Position numbers and translations under genes: made by a program. This document shows positions 33,445-39,011 of a stretch of 39,011 nt of DNA, in pieces; position 1 is the first letter of the stretch; every line of letters starts with the position of its first letter. This DNA comes from a virus. Its lineage: Duplodnaviria; Caudoviricetes. The stretch lies in IMG/VR virus record IMGVR_UViG_3300036859_000283, positions 1-39,011 of that record. The stretch is one strand, 5' to 3'. The notes below the pieces were generated by a model. It was not told where the DNA came from. It worked only from the letters and a program-made list of their open reading frames with translations, and did not search any database.

Positions 33445-36400
33445 GGCGCGCCATTCTTGCGCTTTTCCTGATGGTGCTCACAGCACCGTCGATCACACTG
33501 GTTGGCGCACCCGCTGGACCACGCTCGCTGTTCGTCTTCCGGCCGCCGCCACTTTATACAGGTAGTCCAGGACACCTGCCGATCGGGCGGCGGATCCATC
33601 TGCTCCCGCAGTACTCGGCCCGCATTGTAGCCGCGCGCCAGCAGCTGGCGGCGTGGCGTCCACACATCACTGTTGGGCAAGTCGCTCGAGCATTCGGGCA
33701 GACAGGACCGCTGCGTATCCGTAGCTTGAGCGACCCGGCCACGGCGACGGCTGCGAACAAGCCGAACCTCGCTATTACGACCCCGTCAGGGACAGGCTCC
33801 GTCTCCACCAATGCCTCGTCGATTGAGCTGGCCGGAACGTCTTCGGCCGGTCCGAGCGGTGCGCCAGTCTCATCGGTCACGTGGTCGATCTCGCCGGGTG
33901 GGCAGAGCGGGACGGCTGTCGGCACCACGAGTTGGACCGTGCAGGCCGCGGCTGGAAACGTCGTCAAATTCCTTGATACCTACGACCCGCCGGGGGCCAA
34001 TCAGGACATCGTCGCGACACCGCACACGCCCAATACCGGAGGCGCGTATTCGACCTTCATCGCCCTCGCCGGCAACTACTGCCGCCTGCTGAACTCTGAC
34101 GGCTCGGTGGGCGCGTTCGCCTCAGACTCTGCAGGGAGCAAGACGCTCGCCTGTGAGGCAACCCCCTCAAGCGCACTGAGCGGGACCGACTACGAGATTG
34201 AATTCCAGCTGGCGCTGCTCAGTGGGACCGCGTCTTTCTCGGGACTCTTCTTCGGCGGCACCGACAGCAGCAATTACTGCGTCGTCGGCATTAAGGGTGC
34301 CGGCTTGAATCCTGATACCTTTATCGGCGATGTGGTGGCTGGAACGCCGACGATTCGCAACTCCGCCAATGTGAATCCAAGCACGACACCGATCTACACC
34401 CTGGTCAAGAGCGGCACGGCGCTCTCGCTGAAGCAGGACAGCACCACGGTCCTCTCCACGACGTCGTCCAACTGCGGCGGGTCGAAGTTCGGGGTGATCT
34501 TCGGCTCGGCGCTGGCATCGGCGGACACGATTGCGGCCGGGCATCGGTATACGTCGTTCAAGTTGACGGACACGGGTGGGTCGGCGGCAGCGATCCCATT
34601 GAGTGTTGGGGCGAACACCATCACGGTGACCGCCACGGACGCAAACGGGCAGACGCGCACCGCCACGCTTGTTGCGACACGAACGGGCGGTGGCGATGTG
34701 ACTGCGCCAACCGTGAGTATCCTGCAACCAGCCTCATCCGGCACGTGGTCGGATTCTTCCGCATCCCAGACGATCAGCGGTTCAGCCGCCGACAACGTCG
34801 CCGTAACATCGGTCACGTATAGCTGCTCCGGGGCCACAACGCTCAGCGGCACGGCGACCGGGACCACCTCGTGGAGTCAGGTCCTCACGCTGAGCAATGG
34901 CACAACGACGTGCCTCGTGGTGTCGCACGATGGGACCAACGACTCGACGGCGGCACAGATCATCTTCACGATCACGCTCTCGGACAGCACGCCTCCGGTC
35001 GTCACCATCAGCACGAACGGCGGGGCGAACTTCGGCGCGACCACGACGCCGCAGAACCTGACCGGCACGGCGACAGACGCCGTAGGTGTGACGGCGTGCA
35101 ACTACACGAACAGTCTTGGGGGCGGTGGAGTAGCGTCCGGCTCCTACCCGTTCACGAGTGGGTCATGGTCGATGGCCGTTGCGCTGAGCACGGCCGCTGA
35201 CTCGACGCCTGGGACCAACATCGTCACGGTGGATTGCCAGGACGCCGCTGGGAACCATGGCACGGACTCGATCACGATTACCTACACGGCCACGCTCACG
35301 ATCACGTCGCCAGCGACGATCAACGGGTTTGACGGCGTGTCGAGTTCGTTTCAGATGTCCTACTCTGGCGGCCCGTCTGGCTCGCCGACATGGACGAACA
35401 ACGGGGCCGGGACCACCCTGAACGATGCGGACGCCGATTGCTCAGGGACGTCGATTTCGGCGGGCGGCCTAGTGTCGTTCAACCATTCTGGGACCGGCAC
35501 CTGTAGTTGGACCGCGAAGGTCACCGTTGGAGCCTCGAACACGACGCAGGCGATGTCGTTGGTGTTCTCGTCGTCGAGCAACTCTGGACTGGCCTACTTC
35601 CTCGGGCTGACCGCCCGCGGTGACTTCGAGAAGGGCTACAGCCTCACGCCCATCACTGGGCATCCCTGCCTTACGACCACGGCGGCATGGTGCGGCGATG
35701 TCTACTATTCGAATCAGCTGATCCAGGGCGCCGGGTTCTCGTCCGCCTCGCCCTACGTCACGTATGACTTCGCTGGCGATACAGACCCGCACAAGCAGAA
35801 CGCAACGAAGGTGGTGGTCCCTGGATGGGCGCCGACCTCTGTCGCGACCGTTGCCTCCGCAGTAGGCGCAGGCGATCTAACGATACAGCTGTCGGCGAAT
35901 GATTCGAAGCTGAACATCACCGGTGGGCAGTTGATGCGGATTGGCAATGAAGCCATCCAGCTGGTGAGCCAAGCGTGCAATCCAGCGACTGGCGTGGTCT
36001 CGAACTGTGCTTTGAATCCCACGACGTTCGTAGCCACGGTGGCCGCTCGCGGGGCTGCGGGCTCCACCGCTGCCACGCACAATATTGGCGATCCGGTCTA
36101 TCACCCGACGAATAGCCTGACGACGCAACCCTACTTCCCGCTCTCTGGTATCAACGGCAATACGGTGTTGTTTGTGTGGGACTTCTTCTTCACGGACTCG
36201 CTCGTGGGGACCGGACTCACCAACTGGAAGTGGTTCAACTTCCGCACCACCGGGACGGCAACCTTTTTAGAGCCGAATGTGAATTTCAGCGCGGCGACGA
36301 ATCTGGCAACGGACGTCGGGGCGTGGAAAGCGCGCAGCTACAACCACGTCACCGGCACCAACAACTCGGGCGCACTCGCAGACTTCACGCTGACGGACGG

Positions 36401-36827
36401 GAACAGGCTCGGACCTGGAACCACGGACGATCAGCCGATCGCGCCGATGGCCAACGAGTTCAACTTCAAGCCGAACACGTGGCACCGTGCGTGGATTCGT
36501 ATTCAAGCGACGGCCAACGATTACGACATTCTCGATATGTGGATCGCCAGCGAAACCGCTGGCCCGACGCAGACGCACAGCGGGATCAAAATATCGATCG
36601 AGCGGAGCGCCACATCGCCATCGACACTGGATCACTGGAACGTTGAAGTCAACACATCGACGGATCTGTTCAAGCGGAAGAGCGCGTGTCAGCCAGGGCC
36701 GAATCTCAATTGCGATCTTGTGCAATACCTGCGCGGGTTCTCGGTGCATAAGCAGCCCGGGCTGGCGCCGGCGGGCACGCTGAGCGATGCAGGCATGACG
36801 GCGCTGATGGCGCGACCGGTCCCATGA
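33441..36827 (+). CDS. Large Ig-like-repeat/lectin adhesin-like protein with N-terminal signal sequence
   Basis: Repeats of D.T.P.V.I...SG.A.D.V.VT...GT.SW...L..G.N...V...D; Ser/Thr/Gly-rich; 16 Cys. Confidence 0.75.
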   Translation: MRRAILALFLMVLTAPSITLVGAPAGPRSLFVFRPPPLYTGSPGHLPIGRRIHLLPQYSARIVAARQQLAAWRPHITVGQVARAFGQTGPLRIRSLSDPATATAANKPNLAITTPSGTGSVSTNASSIELAGTSSAGPSGAPVSSVTWSISPGGQSGTAVGTTSWTVQAAAGNVVKFLDTYDPPGANQDIVATPHTPNTGGAYSTFIALAGNYCRLLNSDGSVGAFASDSAGSKTLACEATPSSALSGTDYEIEFQLALLSGTASFSGLFFGGTDSSNYCVVGIKGAGLNPDTFIGDVVAGTPTIRNSANVNPSTTPIYTLVKSGTALSLKQDSTTVLSTTSSNCGGSKFGVIFGSALASADTIAAGHRYTSFKLTDTGGSAAAIPLSVGANTITVTATDANGQTRTATLVATRTGGGDVTAPTVSILQPASSGTWSDSSASQTISGSAADNVAVTSVTYSCSGATTLSGTATGTTSWSQVLTLSNGTTTCLVVSHDGTNDSTAAQIIFTITLSDSTPPVVTISTNGGANFGATTTPQNLTGTATDAVGVTACNYTNSLGGGGVASGSYPFTSGSWSMAVALSTAADSTPGTNIVTVDCQDAAGNHGTDSITITYTATLTITSPATINGFDGVSSSFQMSYSGGPSGSPTWTNNGAGTTLNDADADCSGTSISAGGLVSFNHSGTGTCSWTAKVTVGASNTTQAMSLVFSSSSNSGLAYFLGLTARGDFEKGYSLTPITGHPCLTTTAAWCGDVYYSNQLIQGAGFSSASPYVTYDFAGDTDPHKQNATKVVVPGWAPTSVATVASAVGAGDLTIQLSANDSKLNITGGQLMRIGNEAIQLVSQACNPATGVVSNCALNPTTFVATVAARGAAGSTAATHNIGDPVYHPTNSLTTQPYFPLSGINGNTVLFVWDFFFTDSLVGTGLTNWKWFNFRTTGTATFLEPNVNFSAATNLATDVGAWKARSYNHVTGTNNSGALADFTLTDGNRLGPGTTDDQPIAPMANEFNFKPNTWHRAWIRIQATANDYDILDMWIASETAGPTQTHSGIKISIERSATSPSTLDHWNVEVNTSTDLFKRKSACQPGPNLNCDLVQYLRGFSVHKQPGLAPAGTLSDAGMTALMARPVP

Positions 36828-36828
36828 T

Positions 36829-36963
36829 CTACCGAAGCCACTGGGGCACGGATTCACAGCCGACCTGTTCATCCGAGCACACGGTAGCACGGACGAGAAA
36901 CGAGGCGCCCCAGATGGCCAAGCCGAGGATGATGGCCGACAGGATGCGAGCAGAGGTAGACAT
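36829..36963 (-). CDS. Small single-TM protein (44 aa) with a Cys pair
   Basis: MSTSARILSAIILGLAIWGASFLVRATVCSDEQVGCESVPQWLR exactly fills the intergenic gap and has its own promoter. Confidence 0.6.
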   Translation of the reverse strand: MSTSARILSAIILGLAIWGASFLVRATVCSDEQVGCESVPQWLR

Positions 36964-37236
36964 ATGCACGGCAGTGTAACGAGGCATCGGAGGAACGGCA
37001 AGCGAAGGGCGGGCGTAACGGCATGCCTGCTGTTGATCCTTGGCGTTCAGGCTCTGGCGCAGGCCCCGCCCTCACTCCAGGTGGCCTTGCAAGAGGCGCA
37101 GTGGCTGCTGGCGAAGCGCAAGGCGGCGCTGCAGGCCAGCGATGTGTTCAAGGAGTACGACGCCGCCAGAACGCACGTGGCCACGTTGACGGCCTTGGTG
37201 GCGGCGGAGAAGCCGAAAGAGACCGGCTCGAAGTAG
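36964..37236 (+). CDS. Hypothetical protein with signal-peptide-like segment and coiled coil (start uncertain)
   Basis: ACLLLILGVQALA|Q. Confidence 0.5.
   Translation: MHGSVTRHRRNGKRRAGVTACLLLILGVQALAQAPPSLQVALQEAQWLLAKRKAALQASDVFKEYDAARTHVATLTALVAAEKPKETGSK
36973..37001 (-). promoter_or_regulatory. Leftward sigma70-type promoter
   Basis: TTGCCG (37001-36996), N17, TACACT (36978-36973). Confidence 0.6.
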
Positions 37237-37248
37237 CCCGGAGCCCCT

Positions 37249-37548
37249 ATGTCACAGCAGCCGAAAGGCGGGATCAACTGGACGATCGTGGCGGTCGCGC
37301 TGTCGCTCGCCGTGCAGTTGTTGGTCGGCGGGCGCTGGTCCGGCAGCATCGAAAAGCAGGTGGAAAACGCCGTCACTCGTCTCGATGCGCGGGACGCCAA
37401 GGACACCATGCAGGATTTCCGCCTCAACGCGGTCGAGAACCGCACGTCGGTGATCGAAAACGACGTGGAGGCGATCAAGGAAGGCCGATACGAGCCGCCG
37501 TCGAAGCGCGTGCCGGTCTTCTCGCGCAAGGGGACGACGGTCCAATGA
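37249..37548 (+). CDS. Single-TM coiled-coil protein (lysis-module, holin-like)
   Basis: N-terminal TM helix plus heptad repeats; GGAG RBS. Confidence 0.6.
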   Translation: MSQQPKGGINWTIVAVALSLAVQLLVGGRWSGSIEKQVENAVTRLDARDAKDTMQDFRLNAVENRTSVIENDVEAIKEGRYEPPSKRVPVFSRKGTTVQ

Positions 37549-37679
37549 CCGGCCTCGCGCTCGACCACGTGTTGGCTGTTGTGGTGCTCGCGCGCCTCGT
37601 GGTGCTCGGCGGCCTGCTGCTCGCGGCGTTGGCGCTGGCGTGGAACGCTATCGACTGGTTCACAAGGCGGACGACATGA
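37545..37679 (+). CDS. Small membrane protein
   Basis: ATGA overlaps at both ends; hydrophobic. Confidence 0.55.
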   Translation: MTGLALDHVLAVVVLARLVVLGGLLLAALALAWNAIDWFTRRTT

Positions 37680-38137
37680 CGAACCCCTACGAGCTCGCGT
37701 TTCACCTGTCGCAAATGGGCGTCGCCGAGATGCCCGGCGAAGATGCGCACCCGTTCGTGCGCTGGTGTCTATCGCGCGTTGGCTTCGGGTTGAAGGCCAG
37801 CGACGAGACTGCCTGGTGCTCGGCCTTCGTCAATACCGTTCACGAGATGTGCGGGCTGCCGCGCTCGAAGAGCGCTGCGGCGCGCTCCTGGCTCGCGGTC
37901 GGCACGCCGATCGAGCTGGCCGACTGGAAGATCGGCGACGTTGTCATCATCACGCGCGGCGATGGGCCACAGCCCGGGCCGGAGGTTATCAGCGCGCAGG
38001 GGCATGTCGGGTTCTTAGCCGACGTGGATGAGACGGTGAAGAAGGAGATCGCGATCCTTGGTGGCAACCAAGGAAATCGCATCAGCGTGGCCCGCTTCCC
38101 CGTGAACCGCCTGCTAGGAGTGCGCCGCTGTGCCTGA
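37676..38137 (+). CDS. Endolysin, TIGR02594 / NlpC-P60 (CHAP-like) peptidoglycan hydrolase
   Basis: DETAWCSAFV...ARSW...GDVVI..R...GHVGF...LGGNQ. Confidence 0.88.
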   Translation: MTNPYELAFHLSQMGVAEMPGEDAHPFVRWCLSRVGFGLKASDETAWCSAFVNTVHEMCGLPRSKSAAARSWLAVGTPIELADWKIGDVVIITRGDGPQPGPEVISAQGHVGFLADVDETVKKEIAILGGNQGNRISVARFPVNRLLGVRRCA

Positions 38138-38138
38138 G

Positions 38139-38336
38139 ATGTCGAAGTCCATTTTCGCGTCACGGATCTTCTGGGTCAACCTGGTGTCGGCGCTATTGGA
38201 GATCGCGCAGCTCTTCACCGGCACGACCCTCATCCCGCCAGGCTACCTGACGCTCGGCGTGAACGCGTTGAACATCATCCTGCGGCGGATGACGGTCGGC
38301 GATGTACATGTCGTGACGCCGCGCGAGGTGAAGTGA
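38139..38336 (+). CDS. Holin-like two-TM protein
   Basis: KSIFASRIFWVN...NIILRRMT; adjacent to the endolysin. Confidence 0.7.
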   Translation: MSKSIFASRIFWVNLVSALLEIAQLFTGTTLIPPGYLTLGVNALNIILRRMTVGDVHVVTPREVK

Positions 38337-38659
38337 TGACGTTCCCGTGGAAGACTATCGGCACGTACGCGTGGCAGTTCGCGGAGTATGCGCTTGCCCA
38401 AAAGCTGGCGCCGGCCGTGCCGCTGCAGCCACAGGTGCCCACATCGCCGATCGCGCCGCCGGCTGTGGAACCGCCGCCAGCGCCTGTACTCACGCTCGAG
38501 CAGAAATGGGAAGACCGCCTCGGCGACATCTACGAGGAAGAAGGGATCCAGATTCCCGGCAAGGACGGCCCTGGCATGACCGAGCGGCGACAAGGCTACA
38601 AACTGCTCGAGGCCGGGCGAGAGGACGAGCTACGGAAGAACCTCCGCGAGCGGAAGTAG
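38333..38659 (+). CDS. Hypothetical proline-rich protein
   Basis: GAGG RBS; coupled to the holin-like gene. Confidence 0.6.
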   Translation: MMTFPWKTIGTYAWQFAEYALAQKLAPAVPLQPQVPTSPIAPPAVEPPPAPVLTLEQKWEDRLGDIYEEEGIQIPGKDGPGMTERRQGYKLLEAGREDELRKNLRERK

Positions 38660-39011
38660 CCTGTCCGCACTGCGGGGAGAGCCGTTTGATTGAGATCGCG
38701 CTGCGGTGCTGCTCGTGCTGCGGCCGGACATGGCCGGTTGTCGCGGACGCTGGGAGCGATTCGCCACCCTCATGCCCCGCAGGTGTCGGGAATCGACGCG
38801 TGCAGCGGCAGCCGGCCTGCGACGTACAGAATGTGCTGATGGACAAGGACGACGGCTAGGCCACCCCACGCACCTTCAAAGTGTCGTGGTGTTCCTGTCC
38901 ACACTGACAGGCGTAGCGGACCACCAGGTGCGGATCGCCCACACAATCTAAGGCGGTGGAGAGATGGTCTGTCACCTGCCAGACGTGCTGATGAGCGAAG
39001 AACTGGACAAG

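Larger units (their letters stand above)
1..39011 (+). mobile_element. Tailed phage/prophage genome segment (podovirus-like), incomplete at both window ends
   Basis: Co-oriented, tightly coupled genes in the order recombination, accessory, terminase, portal, scaffold, capsid, short tail, ejection proteins, lysis. No tape-measure or sheath gene recognised. Confidence 0.95.

Noticed and set aside
38656-38859. CPHCG...CSCCG zinc-ribbon-like reading frame
   Set aside because: No convincing start codon or RBS; left uncalled.
1-39011. tRNA, rRNA, integrase/att site, reverse transcriptase/DGR, and host assignment
   Set aside because: No supporting motifs seen; the host cannot be determined from this sequence alone.

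Overview
This GC-rich window is most of a tailed dsDNA phage or prophage genome with podovirus-like (P22/T7-type) architecture, and nearly all genes are on the + strand. The order is: recombination/DNA-metabolism genes (Sak4-like ATPase, NinB-like protein, two HNH nucleases, a DNA methyltransferase, a DUF1064 nuclease); a ~540-nt hairpin-rich non-coding stretch; small regulators and a replisome-organiser-like domain; an accessory region (7.4-13.5 kb); packaging and head genes (terminase, portal, scaffold, capsid); short-tail and ejection proteins; three signal-peptide-bearing, Cys-paired adhesin-like proteins; and a lysis module. I saw no integrase, transposase, tRNA or CRISPR array. The most notable signal is a family of ~45-55 bp bipartite elements (GCGCGTGG[A/T]C-N24-31-C[T/G]ACCGC) in the accessory region. 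They occur as inward-facing pairs that bracket cargo genes and supply Shine-Dalgarno sequences and stop codons. One pair has an exact 12-bp flanking duplication whose removal restores a perfect gene junction. This looks like a transposase-less gene-cassette insertion system that I do not recognise as described. All product calls come from motif recognition by eye, not database searches.
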